A DNA stretch of 64,000 bases. Origin: Myxococcota bacterium (GTDB lineage Bacteria > Myxococcota_A > SURF-8). The notes under the pieces were generated by a model. It saw only the letters and a program-made list of their open reading frames with translations, searched no databases and had not been told where the DNA came from. The stretch spans positions 1,888,001-1,952,000 of the forward strand of contig CAXXQS010000002.1 of the NCBI GenBank assembly GCA_963674735.2. Reading direction: 5' to 3'. Position 1 is the stretch's first letter; every line of letters begins with the position of its first letter. A program made the position numbers and the translations under genes. Shown here one piece after another: positions 36,489 through 47,283 of this stretch.

Positions 36489-38359
36489 CGCGCCTCCTCG
36501 TTGTCGCGGCGTTGCGGCAGGCGCTTGAGCCAGGTCTCGAAAAAGAGCAGGGACCACAAAACCTCGTGCCAGTTGGCCTCGCCGCGTTCCTGACGCTCGA
36601 TCACGGTGCGCACGCCCGCCGGGTCGAGGTAGGCGCGGTAAGCGGCGTTGGGGTTGAGCAGCGTGTCGTGCAGTTGCTCGCGCAAATCGTTTTTCAGCCA
36701 GCTCGCCAGGGGGATCGCGAACCCCTGTTTGGGGCGGTAGACCGCCTGAGGCGGCACCAGCCGCGCGGTGAGTTTTTTGAGCAGGTACTTGGTGGTCAGA
36801 CCGCGAATCTTGAGCTTCACCGGCAGGGAGGCCGCGAATTCGGCCAAGCGATGATCGAGCAGCGGGACGCGCGTCTCCAGGGCGTGGGCCATGCTCATGC
36901 GGTCGACCTTGGTGAGGAAATCGTCGGGCAACAACGACCCGGCATCGAACAGCCAGGCGTCGCGCAGCCCGCCGCGATGGCGGAAGGTCAATCCGGCGAA
37001 GGCGTCGTCGGCCGCCCGCGACTCCAGCAGTTCGGGCTTCAGGATCAAGCGGCGCACCTCCTCGGGCCAGCCGATCGCCCGCCAATAGCGTTCGGGGAAG
37101 GGCAGCAGGCTGCGGGTGAGCAGCCGTCCCAGACTGGCGCGGCGACTGGCCGGAGGGGCCGAGTGCAAGGCCGACGCCAGTAGGCGGCGCGGTGCGGCGG
37201 GAAGTCGACCGGCCGCTTGCACGCCCATATATTTCAAATAATGTGTATAGCCACCGAACAGCTCGTCGCCCCCGTCGCCGGTGAGGATCACCGTGACGTG
37301 TTCGCGGGCCAGTTTGGAGACGAGGTAGGTGGGAATCGCGGAGCTGTCGAAAAAGGGTTCGTCGAAATGGTCGGCCAAGGTCTCGACCAGACCCGCGGCT
37401 TTGGCTTCGACTGTCAATTCGTGGTGCTCGGTTCCGAGGTGCTCGGCCACCTGCCGCGCATAGGGGGCTTCGTTGAAACGCGCGTGGCCGAACGCGATGG
37501 AAAAGGTTTTCACTCGTCTCCCGGCGTGGCGCGCCATCATGGCCACCACCGCGCTTGAGTCGACACCCCCCGACAGAAAAGCCCCGAGCGGGACATCGGA
37601 AACCAGGTGCGCCTTGACCGCATCGGACAGTTCGGCATCCAGCCGCGCCAGGGCGTCGGCTTCCGAGATCGGCCGGATTTCGGTGGCGGCGGGATCCCAG
37701 TAGCGCCAGCGGCGCAGATGCCCATCCGCCCAGATCATGGCGTGGCCCGGCGGGCATTTGCGGATATGCTTGAAAGCCGAGCGCGGCGCGGGAATGTAGG
37801 GAAAGGTAAACGCCAGGGCCAGCGCGTCGGGGTCCAGCTCGTCGGCCAGACTGCGGTCATAGGCGATGAGCGCCTTGGGTTCGCTGGCGAAACTGAAACG
37901 CCCTTTGTGTTCGGCCACGAACAGCGGCTTGATCCCGAAGCGGTCACGCGCCAGAAAAACGCGCCGCCGTTTTTGGTCGTAGATGGCGAAGGCGAACATG
38001 CCGCGCAGGCGGGCGACGAGTTCAGCGCCCCATTCCTCGTAGCCGTGCACCAGCACTTCGCTGTCGGTGTGGGTGGTGAACACATGCCCGCGGTGCAGCA
38101 GGTCGTCGCGCAGTTCCATGAAGTTGTAGATTTCACCGTTGTAGGTGACCCAGACATCGCCGGTTTCGTTGCCGATGGGTTGGCGGCCGCTCGCGAGATC
38201 GATGATGGATAAGCGCCGCTGACCCAACCCCACCGGACCGTCGGTGTAGCGGCCTTCGTCGTCCGGGCCGCGATGGGCCAGACTGTCGCACATGGCTTTC
38301 AGTCCGTGGATGTCGACCAGCCGTTCCGGCGCTTCAACGACGCCGCAGATGCCGCACAT
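36485..38359 (-). CDS. asnB: Asparagine synthetase-like amidotransferase (copy 1)
   Basis: MCGICG, HRGPD, RRLSIID, NGEIYN, FLSGGVDSS, GDGGDE, KVDRMSMA. Confidence 0.92.
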   Translation of the reverse strand: MCGICGVVEAPERLVDIHGLKAMCDSLAHRGPDDEGRYTDGPVGLGQRRLSIIDLASGRQPIGNETGDVWVTYNGEIYNFMELRDDLLHRGHVFTTHTDSEVLVHGYEEWGAELVARLRGMFAFAIYDQKRRRVFLARDRFGIKPLFVAEHKGRFSFASEPKALIAYDRSLADELDPDALALAFTFPYIPAPRSAFKHIRKCPPGHAMIWADGHLRRWRYWDPAATEIRPISEADALARLDAELSDAVKAHLVSDVPLGAFLSGGVDSSAVVAMMARHAGRRVKTFSIAFGHARFNEAPYARQVAEHLGTEHHELTVEAKAAGLVETLADHFDEPFFDSSAIPTYLVSKLAREHVTVILTGDGGDELFGGYTHYLKYMGVQAAGRLPAAPRRLLASALHSAPPASRRASLGRLLTRSLLPFPERYWRAIGWPEEVRRLILKPELLESRAADDAFAGLTFRHRGGLRDAWLFDAGSLLPDDFLTKVDRMSMAHALETRVPLLDHRLAEFAASLPVKLKIRGLTTKYLLKKLTARLVPPQAVYRPKQGFAIPLASWLKNDLREQLHDTLLNPNAAYRAYLDPAGVRTVIERQERGEANWHEVLWSLLFFETWLKRLPQRRDNEEAR

Positions 38360-39485
38360 GCGAACCTCCTTGTGTCGCTTCGGTGAGGAGATCGGCCACG
38401 TGCGCCACCATCCCTTCCAGCGAAAACCGCGCCGCCACGTTTGCGCGCGCCTGCGCGCCGAGTCGAGCGGCCAGGTGCGGGTTTTCCAGCAGTCGTGAAA
38501 TCGCGAAAGCCATCGACTGCGCGTCCTGCATCGGAACCAGCAGGCCGGAAAGTCCGTCGTCCACCGCTTCGGGAATACCGCCCACCGCCGAGGCGATCAC
38601 CGGCAGACCCGCCTGCATGGCTTCGAGCAGCGCATTGGGAAAGCTTTCGGTGAGGCTGGGCAGGACGAAGAGATCGGCTGCACCGAGAAGCGGGCGCACA
38701 TCGGACAGCGTTCCCGCGAAAACGACCTGCCGGGCGACATTCAAGCGTTTGGCTTCGGCTTTGAGCGCCGCCGCTTCGGGACCCTCCCCGGCCAGCACGA
38801 GCACGGGAGACGGGGTGGAGGGTGGAAGCAGCGACAGCGCGGTCAACAGGCTGCGGTGGTCTTTTTCGGGCGACAGGCGCGCCACGCAGGCGATCAGGGG
38901 TGCGTTCGGCGAAACACCCAAGTCTTGCCGTGTGGCGGCCCGGACGGCGCGATAGGGGGCGAAGTCTTCGGCGGGCAGGCCGTTATGCACCACGGTGACG
39001 CGCGTTTCGGGCAGGTAGCCGTCGCGCTTGAGCTCGTTGACCATGGCGTGGGAGTTGGCCACGACACGCACGGCGGCCAGGTTCGCGGCCATGTTGGCCA
39101 GCCGGTCCCGTCGTCGATAGGGAATGATGCGCCCGCGCTGCCCCGTGACATGGGGGACGCGCGCCGCGTGCGCCGCCATCGACCCCAGTACATTGGTGTA
39201 ATAATGATTGGTGAAAAGCAGATCGACCTCTTGTTTGCGTAAGATGTGTGTCCAGCGCGCCACCTGCAGAAGTCCGGCGGGTTTGAGGTAGCCGCCGCGC
39301 ATCGGAAAGAGCCGCAACGGGACGTCGTCCGGGAGCTGGGAGCGCAGGGGACCGGCCTCCGAGAACGCACCCAGCGAAAGGGCGAAACGCTCGCGCGGCA
39401 GATGTCGGGCCAGACGCAGCACGAAACGTTCGCTGCCGCCGATTTCGAAGGTGTCGGTAAAGAGCATCAGCCGGATTGGTTCCAT
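38334..39485 (-). CDS. Glycosyltransferase family 4
   Basis: GGSE, VHNG, FVLPSLTESFPNALLEAM. Confidence 0.9.
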   Translation of the reverse strand: MEPIRLMLFTDTFEIGGSERFVLRLARHLPRERFALSLGAFSEAGPLRSQLPDDVPLRLFPMRGGYLKPAGLLQVARWTHILRKQEVDLLFTNHYYTNVLGSMAAHAARVPHVTGQRGRIIPYRRRDRLANMAANLAAVRVVANSHAMVNELKRDGYLPETRVTVVHNGLPAEDFAPYRAVRAATRQDLGVSPNAPLIACVARLSPEKDHRSLLTALSLLPPSTPSPVLVLAGEGPEAAALKAEAKRLNVARQVVFAGTLSDVRPLLGAADLFVLPSLTESFPNALLEAMQAGLPVIASAVGGIPEAVDDGLSGLLVPMQDAQSMAFAISRLLENPHLAARLGAQARANVAARFSLEGMVAHVADLLTEATQGGSHVRHLRRR

Positions 39486-39498
39486 TGCCGTCGCCTCC

Positions 39499-41352
39499 TC
39501 ACCACACCGGGCGGGCGTGCCGCCACCAGCGTTGCAAGACCAGAATCTGCCACAAGCGCCAATGGTGTTCACGTCGTCCGGCCAGGTGCTCGTCGAGCAG
39601 ACGACCCACGGCGCGCGGCTGCCACAAACCGGTGTCGGCCAGGGCGGCGGGCGACAGCTCTTCTTGCAGCAGCGGCCGCAATTCGCCCCGGAACCAACGC
39701 GCCAGGGGAACGGCGAACCCGCGTTTGGGCCGGTGTACGAACTCGGTCGGTAGATGGCGTTCCAGGACGCGTTTCAAGATCGCCTTGCGCAGACCGTTTT
39801 GCACTTTGTAATGGACCGGCAGGGAAAAGGCGAAGTCCACGACGTCCTTGTCGAGCAGTGGCACGCGCGTTTCGAGGGAAACGGCCATGGACATGCGGTC
39901 CACCTTGGTGAGGATGTCGCCGGGCAGGTAGCTGTGCATGTCGGCCAGTTGCAGGCGCGTCTGCATGTCGCTTCCGGCTGGCCAGGCGGCGAGGCCGCGC
40001 AGAAAATCGTAGGTGTCGGATTCCACGTTCGCCAGAACGCCCGGATCAAGCAGCGTGCGGGCGCGGTATTCGCCGATTTCAAGCAGGGCGTAACGTTCGG
40101 GTTCGAGGGCCAGACCGCGCAGCAGATTCTTTCCCGGCGCGCGTTGCGGCAGCAGTTCGGCCGCCAGGGGGAACAGCCGCCGCCGTACCCAGGTCGGAAC
40201 CGGCTTGAGCCAGCGTTCCCGTAGCGGGGCGTCGTATTTGTCGTAACCGGCGAACAGTTCGTCGCCGCCGTCCCCCGAGAGGGCCACGGTGACGTGTTCG
40301 CGGGTGGCTTTCGAAACCAGATAGGTGGGCAGGGCCGACGAGTCGGCGAAAGGCTCGCCGAAGCGCGGCAGGAGATCGTCGAGCAATTCCATGGTGCGGA
40401 CCGTGGCCAGGCTTTCGTGGTGGTCGGTGCCGAGATGGGCGGCCACGGCGCGGGCGGCGGTGCGTTCGTCGTGCGCCGGGTCGTCGAAACCCACCGTGAA
40501 GGTGCGCACCTGCTCGGCAGCGCGCGCCATTTGCGCCACCACGGCGGAGGAATCGACGCCCCCCGATAAAAAGGCGCCCAGCGGCACGTCGCTGATGAGT
40601 TGCCGTTTGACGGCGGTGAAGAGACGGGCGTCGAGTTCTTCCACGGCTTCGTCGAAACTGGGCAACGGCTCGGCCGGAACGGTGGCGGGCCGCCAGTAGC
40701 GTTCGATGGTCAGGCGTTTATCCTGCAAAACGGCGCGTGAACCGGGGGCCAGCTTGCCGATCTGCTTGTAAATCGAGAGCGGATCGGGCACGTAAAACAA
40801 GGCCATGTAATGCGCCAGCGCTTCCGGGCGGACGGTCAGTGCGGCGCGGAATTCCGGGACGGCGGTCAGGGCGTTCAATTCCGACGCGAAGGCGAAGGTC
40901 TGGCCGAAGAAACCGATATAGAGCGGTTTGATGCCCACGTGGTCGCGGGCCAGCAGCAGGCGTTTTTTCGGTTTGTCGTAGAGCGCGAAGGCGAACATGC
41001 CGTTGAGTGCGTCCACCATATCATCGCCGCGCGTGGCGTACAGATGCAGCAGCACTTCGGTGTCGCTGTCGCTGCGAAAGACGCAGCCTGCCCGCTCCAG
41101 TTCTTGGCGCAATTCGGGGAAATTGTAGATTTCGCCGTTATAGACGACCGTCAGCGTTCCATCGGCGCTGTGCATCGGCTGGTGGCCGCCGGCCAGATCG
41201 ATGATCGACAGGCGTCGCTGGCCCAGGGCCACGTTTTCATCAATGAAAAAGCCCTCGTCGTCGGGCCCGCGATGGGCCATGGCGTCGCACATGCGTTGCA
41301 ACGCCCCGCGTGTGTCGCCCCGGAAATCGACGAGTCCCGCGATACCGCACAT
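39499..41352 (-). CDS. asnB: Asparagine synthetase-like amidotransferase (copy 2)
   Basis: MCGIAG at 41352; same Ntn and synthetase motifs as copy 1. Confidence 0.92.
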   Translation of the reverse strand: MCGIAGLVDFRGDTRGALQRMCDAMAHRGPDDEGFFIDENVALGQRRLSIIDLAGGHQPMHSADGTLTVVYNGEIYNFPELRQELERAGCVFRSDSDTEVLLHLYATRGDDMVDALNGMFAFALYDKPKKRLLLARDHVGIKPLYIGFFGQTFAFASELNALTAVPEFRAALTVRPEALAHYMALFYVPDPLSIYKQIGKLAPGSRAVLQDKRLTIERYWRPATVPAEPLPSFDEAVEELDARLFTAVKRQLISDVPLGAFLSGGVDSSAVVAQMARAAEQVRTFTVGFDDPAHDERTAARAVAAHLGTDHHESLATVRTMELLDDLLPRFGEPFADSSALPTYLVSKATREHVTVALSGDGGDELFAGYDKYDAPLRERWLKPVPTWVRRRLFPLAAELLPQRAPGKNLLRGLALEPERYALLEIGEYRARTLLDPGVLANVESDTYDFLRGLAAWPAGSDMQTRLQLADMHSYLPGDILTKVDRMSMAVSLETRVPLLDKDVVDFAFSLPVHYKVQNGLRKAILKRVLERHLPTEFVHRPKRGFAVPLARWFRGELRPLLQEELSPAALADTGLWQPRAVGRLLDEHLAGRREHHWRLWQILVLQRWWRHARPVW

Positions 41353-42632
41353 CAGTGTTGCCCTCCGGTGAAGGTGTGGGGTGCGAGGTGTCGATAACTT
41401 TCCTCGAAAACCGCCATGCAGCGTTCCCAGGACAACTCTTTTTCGGCAAACGCGCGGCAACGGGCGCGGCGGGCCGGAGCGCCGTCGGGCCAGTCGGCAA
41501 AGAGGGTTCGAGCGGCGTCGGTATAACAGGCGGTGTCCAGGCTTTCCACCCGTACGCCGAGATCCCCTTCGGCCACCATATCGGAGAGATCCCCGATACC
41601 GGCGGAGATGGCGCAGGGCAGTCCACAGGCCAGGTATTCGGCTATTTTGACCGGCGAGGCCACCGCGTTGACCAGTGAGGGCTCGCGCAATAAAAGGCCC
41701 GCGTCGGCGGCGCTCAACCAGCGCGGAACGTCGGCGTGCGGCACGGAGCGGATGGCCAGGTTGGCGGTCAGTCCGGCGTTTTGCAAGGCCGACTCGGTGG
41801 TGGCGGCGTCGGGGCTCAGGCATAGGAAAAAGGTGTCGGGACGCACCTCCCGCGCAGCTTGTACGAAAGCGGCCACTTGCTCAACGATCTGATAGGCCTG
41901 GATGGAGCCGACGAACATGAGCAGCGGTTGGTCGCCCACGCCCAGTTCGCGCCGCAGCGCGCTGCGGGCGGCGGGATCGAAGCGGAACTGCCGGATGTCC
42001 ACCGACGAGCGCGTGATGCGGGTTCGCTCTTCCTGAATTCCGTAGGTGTCGCTCAGATAGCGCTGGAAAGGCGAGGAAACGACAAACAGCAGATCGGCCT
42101 GCAACGTGGCCTGTCGTTCGGCGCGCGCCATGCGGCGATAGGCCGGATCGCTTTTTTGCATGGCCCCGGCGTAAAGGGCCTCCGCCAGCGGGACGCCGTG
42201 CATGTCCACCACCACCGGCTTGTGTAGCAGGCGTCCCACCCGGCAGGCCAGGGCGGCGGCATGGATTTCGTGTACATGCAGGATGTCGGCGCGCAGGCTC
42301 TGCGCCAAGGCGGCCATCACGCCGCCGTCGAGCCAAGCGCGCAAAACGGCCATGCGCGGGCGGTGTTCCATAAAAACGGGGATGGTGACGAGACGCGCCC
42401 CGGCGTCCTGCACTTGCTCGGCCAAGGAGCGTCGGCCCTCGCGGTGAACGCGGAACTCGGCATGGTTTTCGTAGGCCAGGGCGGTCATGGGGTAACCGCG
42501 TTTGGCCAGCTCGGATATTTCAGCGCGGCATTGCTGGCTGAAACCGGTTTGCCGGAACATGCTGCCATTGGTGATGTAGAGAATATGGGGCCGCTTTTTC
42601 TTCACGGGCGTTTGTATCCTTCCGTGTGTCAA
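41352..42632 (-). CDS. Glycosyltransferase family 4
   Basis: DMHG, ASPVKIAEYLACGLP; start uncertain. Confidence 0.85.
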   Translation of the reverse strand: MTHGRIQTPVKKKRPHILYITNGSMFRQTGFSQQCRAEISELAKRGYPMTALAYENHAEFRVHREGRRSLAEQVQDAGARLVTIPVFMEHRPRMAVLRAWLDGGVMAALAQSLRADILHVHEIHAAALACRVGRLLHKPVVVDMHGVPLAEALYAGAMQKSDPAYRRMARAERQATLQADLLFVVSSPFQRYLSDTYGIQEERTRITRSSVDIRQFRFDPAARSALRRELGVGDQPLLMFVGSIQAYQIVEQVAAFVQAAREVRPDTFFLCLSPDAATTESALQNAGLTANLAIRSVPHADVPRWLSAADAGLLLREPSLVNAVASPVKIAEYLACGLPCAISAGIGDLSDMVAEGDLGVRVESLDTACYTDAARTLFADWPDGAPARRARCRAFAEKELSWERCMAVFEESYRHLAPHTFTGGQH

Positions 42633-44860
42633 GTGAGATGGCGCCAGGTCATCGAAGCTTCGTTGACGGTGATATCCAAGGATCCCACCTGCAATTCAAA
42701 ACCGTTCGGACGGGGCCTGAAGGCGTGGGTGGTTGTTGAATCGGATTGATCGAGGCAGATCAGCGTCGCCAGATTGAGCTCACCGTAGGCGGAGACATTC
42801 CAGGACAGCCGTTGTGCCGGGCTGCGTTGTCCGTAACGGGGCGCAAGCGAAACCGCGTCACCGTTCATATGACGGAAGGGGGCTTTGTGCGGATACAGCG
42901 CGATCAGACCGGCGATCGGCTGATTTTGAGCGGGATCGACGATGTACCAGTTTTGTCCTTTTCCCGTGAGGTCAAGCCCGGTTATCAGGCCCGCCGACAG
43001 GCGATGGTCGCGGGCGTCGCCGGGGTGGTAGCGGTCGATGATGGCCACGAAACGGTCGGGCCGCACGAGGATGTCGCGTCGTAGCAGGCCACCCGCTGGG
43101 GGCTCGTATTGGGCGGCCATATGGGAGAGAAAACCGTCGAACCAGGCGGTTACCAGCGTGACCGGGGGAATGGGACCGACGCCGAAACGCTGCTTGTCGA
43201 TCTCGAATGCGTCGTGACCGTCCACCTGCGGTGCGCCGTGAATGGCGGTCGCGCGATCGGCCGAACGATCGGTCATGGACGGATTGTAGTGAAAGACGCC
43301 CGGATCGTCGAAAAGCGTGAAACCTTTGTAGGCCAGCTGAATATTCAGCAGATCGGCGTGCTGATGATTGGGGGCGACATGGCGATTGGGCTCTTTGGCT
43401 CCCGCACGGAACAGCAACTGGGTGTCGCCGTGGCTCAATTCCACCAATCCGGCGAAATGATACACGCGGAAGCGCGCCGCCGGACGGACACGGCTTTTCG
43501 GTGCGGCGGGTTTGGCCATTTCAGTCGAAGCGGCCAGCCAAAGCGGCCAGACTTCCGGTGTTTCGTTGCCGTCGGGTTCCAGATCCGGCCGGTTGAAAAG
43601 CGCCGCCGCGAGGGCCAAGGGACCGCGCCGGTCGTTCGATATGGCACCCGGCAGACGCAGGGCGCGGGCATCGTCGATGTCGCCGATACGCCACAGACTG
43701 CCGTCGTTTTTGAGCAGCGACCGGCTGGCCGCGGCCATGGCGATCAGCCGTTTCTCGAATTCGGGCGTCAGCGGGGTGTGGTTGGCGCGCCAGAAAGCGG
43801 CCAACTGCAAAAAGGATTCGAGGACGAAAAGGTGGTAACCGGGGGCCAACTCGGCATGGATTCCCTCGCGGTCCACCTGGCGTACGAGTTCACGTTGAAC
43901 GAGTTCACGCCCGGTGCGCCGCCAATAACCGGCCCCACGGAATTCGGGGAAGGCCTCGGCGAGGAGCGTGAGGGCGCAGGCTTCGGTAACCAGATGATTG
44001 TGGGTGACCGGCCCGTCGCTCAGGGTTCGCGCGACGAAGCGTGCATGCAGGTGAATGGCTTCCAGCAAGCGCAAACGGAAAACATCGTCGAGGCTTCGGC
44101 TTTGAGCGAAGAAAACCCAACCCCAGGTAAAGCTGATGGCGCGCAGCGCCGCCTCCTGGGCATGTAACCAGTGCGGACCGCGCCCGTAGGGGTTTTGATC
44201 GAGCCAGCTTTCCACGTGGCGACGGAACGTGACCGCATAGCGCTCATCTTTTTTGGCCCAATAGGCTCCACCGAGAATGGCGGTGTGTTGGAACCGATTG
44301 AGTTCCCACAGTGGCCGGGGATCTTCGTCCAGGTTGGGATTGCTGTCGAAATCGGGGTAATCGACCGCCGCTTTCAACGGCCATTCACCGGGTTTGTGGA
44401 AAAACCCGCGCCAGGGGATTTCATCGCCGAAAACCGGGCAATCGGGCACCAGCGCCCGGAAATCGCCTTCGCAGAAACGGTCGGCCGCCAGGCGGCAGGC
44501 GCGGGCCTGTTCGGGATAGCCGCTGAGCCACCGGTCGGTGAGGGATTCGCGTTCGTGGGTGGACACCATCAAGTGCGGTTGATGACGCGAAGAAAAATGG
44601 GACAACAGGTTGTAGCCGCGCGGTCCGAGGCGTTGACGCCAGAATCGTCGCTCCTGGTCGGGCCGCATGTCGGGGTGCAGGGGTTCGGCGAAGGTATGGT
44701 CGTTGCGGATCGATTCCAGGTAAGCGTGCGCGGCGGCTCGGTGCAGGTCGGCCTTGCGCCCTTCCGCCGCATCGGAGAGCGCCCGGATGGGGCCGTCGCG
44801 GCGCACGCGATCCATCAACTTGCGAATCCGTTGAATCGACAATCGGGAGGTATCGCTCAT
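42629..44860 (-). CDS. Heparinase II/III-like protein
   Basis: WELNRFQH, WLDQNP, NHLVTE, E..PGYH, IGDIDD, HQHADLL, DPG..Y, RATAIH. Confidence 0.85.
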   Translation of the reverse strand: MSDTSRLSIQRIRKLMDRVRRDGPIRALSDAAEGRKADLHRAAAHAYLESIRNDHTFAEPLHPDMRPDQERRFWRQRLGPRGYNLLSHFSSRHQPHLMVSTHERESLTDRWLSGYPEQARACRLAADRFCEGDFRALVPDCPVFGDEIPWRGFFHKPGEWPLKAAVDYPDFDSNPNLDEDPRPLWELNRFQHTAILGGAYWAKKDERYAVTFRRHVESWLDQNPYGRGPHWLHAQEAALRAISFTWGWVFFAQSRSLDDVFRLRLLEAIHLHARFVARTLSDGPVTHNHLVTEACALTLLAEAFPEFRGAGYWRRTGRELVQRELVRQVDREGIHAELAPGYHLFVLESFLQLAAFWRANHTPLTPEFEKRLIAMAAASRSLLKNDGSLWRIGDIDDARALRLPGAISNDRRGPLALAAALFNRPDLEPDGNETPEVWPLWLAASTEMAKPAAPKSRVRPAARFRVYHFAGLVELSHGDTQLLFRAGAKEPNRHVAPNHQHADLLNIQLAYKGFTLFDDPGVFHYNPSMTDRSADRATAIHGAPQVDGHDAFEIDKQRFGVGPIPPVTLVTAWFDGFLSHMAAQYEPPAGGLLRRDILVRPDRFVAIIDRYHPGDARDHRLSAGLITGLDLTGKGQNWYIVDPAQNQPIAGLIALYPHKAPFRHMNGDAVSLAPRYGQRSPAQRLSWNVSAYGELNLATLICLDQSDSTTTHAFRPRPNGFELQVGSLDITVNEASMTWRHLT

Positions 44861-45999
44861 CCGGCCAGTTCCTCCATGGTGGTGCGAACCGTTTCGATGA
44901 CGCGATCGCATTCGTCGTGGGTGAGATTCGGGTAAAGCGGAAGCGTAAGGGTTTCATCGCCGATGCATTCGGCCTGGGGAAAATCCCCGCGACTGCAGTT
45001 GTAGGTGCGTTTGAAATGGGTAAACAGGTGCAGGGGGCGAAAATGAACCGAGACGCCGATCCCGGCATCTTCGAGCCGTCGCATCAGGGGCTGGCGCAGC
45101 GGCTGGGGGACGCGCAGGGTGAATAGATGGCGCGCATGGACGATGTCGTCCGGCTCCACCGGCAGACGAAGCGCCGGGCAACCGGCGAGTCCTTCCCGAT
45201 AGCGCCTCCAAAGAGCATCGCGTTTTTGCCACAAGGTTTCGATCCGGTCGAGCTGCGTCAGCAGCAGGGCCGCCTGCAGGTCGGTCAGGTTACCCTTGAT
45301 ACCCGGGGTGACCACGTCGAGTTCGTGAAAGCCGTCGCTGCGGTCGGCGGCGGAGGACGTCAGTCCGTAGTTGCGCAGAACGCGCAAACCGGCCGCCAGA
45401 TCGTCGCGCGCAGTGACGAAACTGCCGCCTTCTCCGCAGGTGATATTTTTGGTGGCATAGAATGAAAAAGCCGCTCCGTCGCTGAGTTGGCCGGGAGCGA
45501 TGCCGTTGCGGCGTCCTTCCAGGCAATGGGCGGCGTCTTCGATCACGGCGAGATCAAGCGGTTTGGCCCAGCCGACGATGGCTGGAACGTCGGCCATCAC
45601 GCCGTAAAGATGAATCGGAATCACCGCTTTGGTGCGGGCGCTGTGCGCCGCTTTACAGGAATCCACCGTGAGCAGGCCGGTGTCGGGATCGACGTCGGCG
45701 AAGACCGGCCGGGCTCCGACTTCTTCAATGGCCAGCGCGGTGGCTACAAACGTCAGCGGTGCGGTGATGACTTCGTCGCCCGGTCCGATGCCCAGCGCGC
45801 GTAAGACCAGCATCAGGGCGGTGGAGCAGGAGGCCGTACCGACGGCGTGAGGAATGTCGAGGTAATGCGCCAGCGCGGATTCCCACTCGGCCACGCGCGG
45901 ACCGGTGGTGAGAAACAGGCTGTCCAAGGCCGCGGACAGGGCCGTTTTTTCGGCCTCCCCCAGGGCGTGTTTGAAAAACTCGATCCGTTTGCCGCTCAT
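44857..45999 (-). CDS. DegT/DnrJ/EryC1/StrS sugar aminotransferase
   Basis: IEDAAH, FSFYATKNITCGEGG, TLPLYP. Confidence 0.92.
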   Translation of the reverse strand: MSGKRIEFFKHALGEAEKTALSAALDSLFLTTGPRVAEWESALAHYLDIPHAVGTASCSTALMLVLRALGIGPGDEVITAPLTFVATALAIEEVGARPVFADVDPDTGLLTVDSCKAAHSARTKAVIPIHLYGVMADVPAIVGWAKPLDLAVIEDAAHCLEGRRNGIAPGQLSDGAAFSFYATKNITCGEGGSFVTARDDLAAGLRVLRNYGLTSSAADRSDGFHELDVVTPGIKGNLTDLQAALLLTQLDRIETLWQKRDALWRRYREGLAGCPALRLPVEPDDIVHARHLFTLRVPQPLRQPLMRRLEDAGIGVSVHFRPLHLFTHFKRTYNCSRGDFPQAECIGDETLTLPLYPNLTHDECDRVIETVRTTMEELAG

Positions 46000-46251
46000 G
46001 ACCTGTCTTCCCCTTATACGAAAAAGCGGCCCATGTTCGGGTACAAACACTACCGCTATCGAACCCCCGGAACTGGATATGAGTTCTCGATCAGGCGAAT
46101 TCGGCGGCCTTTTTTTGCCGCTGAAGCGCTTTTCGAAGTTTAACAGAGATAGGGCCGTTTTCGCAAGCGGCGAACGGGTTTCCGCAAAAGAAACGGCGAC
46201 TTTGCCGCATTGAGCGCAGAGCGAACGCGTTTACCGATTCCCAAAGAAATT

Positions 46252-47223
46252 TTAACGCGGGGCGAGCGCCTGGCGGTACCAGTCGATGGTCAACTCCAAA
46301 CCTTCGAAAATGTCGATGGCCGGATGATAACCGAGCAGCTCCGTGGCTTTGTCTACCGACGCCAGCGAATGCTTGACGTCCCCCGCCCGTGAGTCGGTGT
46401 AGCTGGGCTCGATATCGGAACCCAACAACTCCGCTACTTTGCGATAAAGTTCGTTCAAGCTGATACGCTGCCCGTAAGCGATGTTGACCGTCTGGCCGAA
46501 GGCGTTTTCACCGGCCATGACCGCCAGGCGGTTGGCTTCGATGACGTTGTCGATGTAGGTGAAATCGCGCGTCTGCTCGCCGTCGCCGTGGATTTCCGGT
46601 GCGTTACCGGCCAGCAGGTGGCGGATGAAAAGCGGAAGCACCGCCGCGTAGGCGCTGTTGGGATCCTGGCGGCGTCCGAAGACGTTGAAGTAACGCAAAC
46701 AGACGGTCGGCAGGCCGTAGGTACGCCAGAAAACGCCCGCGTAGAACTCGCCCACCAGCTTGCTGACCGCGTAAGGCGACAGCGGCATGGGGGGCATGCT
46801 TTCGACTTTGGGTAGCTGGGGCGTATTGCCGTAAGCCGAGGACGAGGAGGCCATCACGACGCGACCGACCTTGGCTTCCTTGGCGGCGGTCAAGACGTTG
46901 AGGGTGGCGGTGACATTGTGGGCGTTGGTGGTGACGGGGTCTTCCACCGAGCGCGGGACGCTGCCCAATGCGGCTTGGTGCAGCACCCAATCGACGTCCA
47001 CCATGCATTTACGGCAGAATTCCAAATCGCGCAGGTCGCCTTCGTACAATTCGATCCCGTCGATGTCGGTCAGGTTTTCGCGTCGTCCGGTGATGAAGCT
47101 GTCGGCGACTCGAACCGGCCGGTCGCTGCGGCGAATGCTTTCCGCCAGGTTGCTGCCGATGAAACCGGCTCCACCGGTAACCAGGTAACGGCCCTCGGGC
47201 CACGTGTTAATGTGATCGGTCAT
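46252..47223 (-). CDS. UDP-GlcNAc(A) 4-epimerase, WbpP/TviC-like
   Basis: LHQAALGSVPRS, SPYAVSK, RYFNVFGRRQDPNSAYAAV. Confidence 0.88.
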   Translation of the reverse strand: MTDHINTWPEGRYLVTGGAGFIGSNLAESIRRSDRPVRVADSFITGRRENLTDIDGIELYEGDLRDLEFCRKCMVDVDWVLHQAALGSVPRSVEDPVTTNAHNVTATLNVLTAAKEAKVGRVVMASSSSAYGNTPQLPKVESMPPMPLSPYAVSKLVGEFYAGVFWRTYGLPTVCLRYFNVFGRRQDPNSAYAAVLPLFIRHLLAGNAPEIHGDGEQTRDFTYIDNVIEANRLAVMAGENAFGQTVNIAYGQRISLNELYRKVAELLGSDIEPSYTDSRAGDVKHSLASVDKATELLGYHPAIDIFEGLELTIDWYRQALAPR

Positions 47224-47283
47224 GATGTCGCGCTAACTCCTGTTAGGCCAAATAGGTTTCATAGTTGCGGCGTCGTTTTAACC

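Noticed and set aside
35349-41823. Apparent long fusion ORFs in the track (35349-37757, 39499-41823; likewise 18621-20537, 22627-23796)
   Set aside because: Upstream extensions overlap genuine genes in other frames; real starts are at the stop/start overlaps given above.
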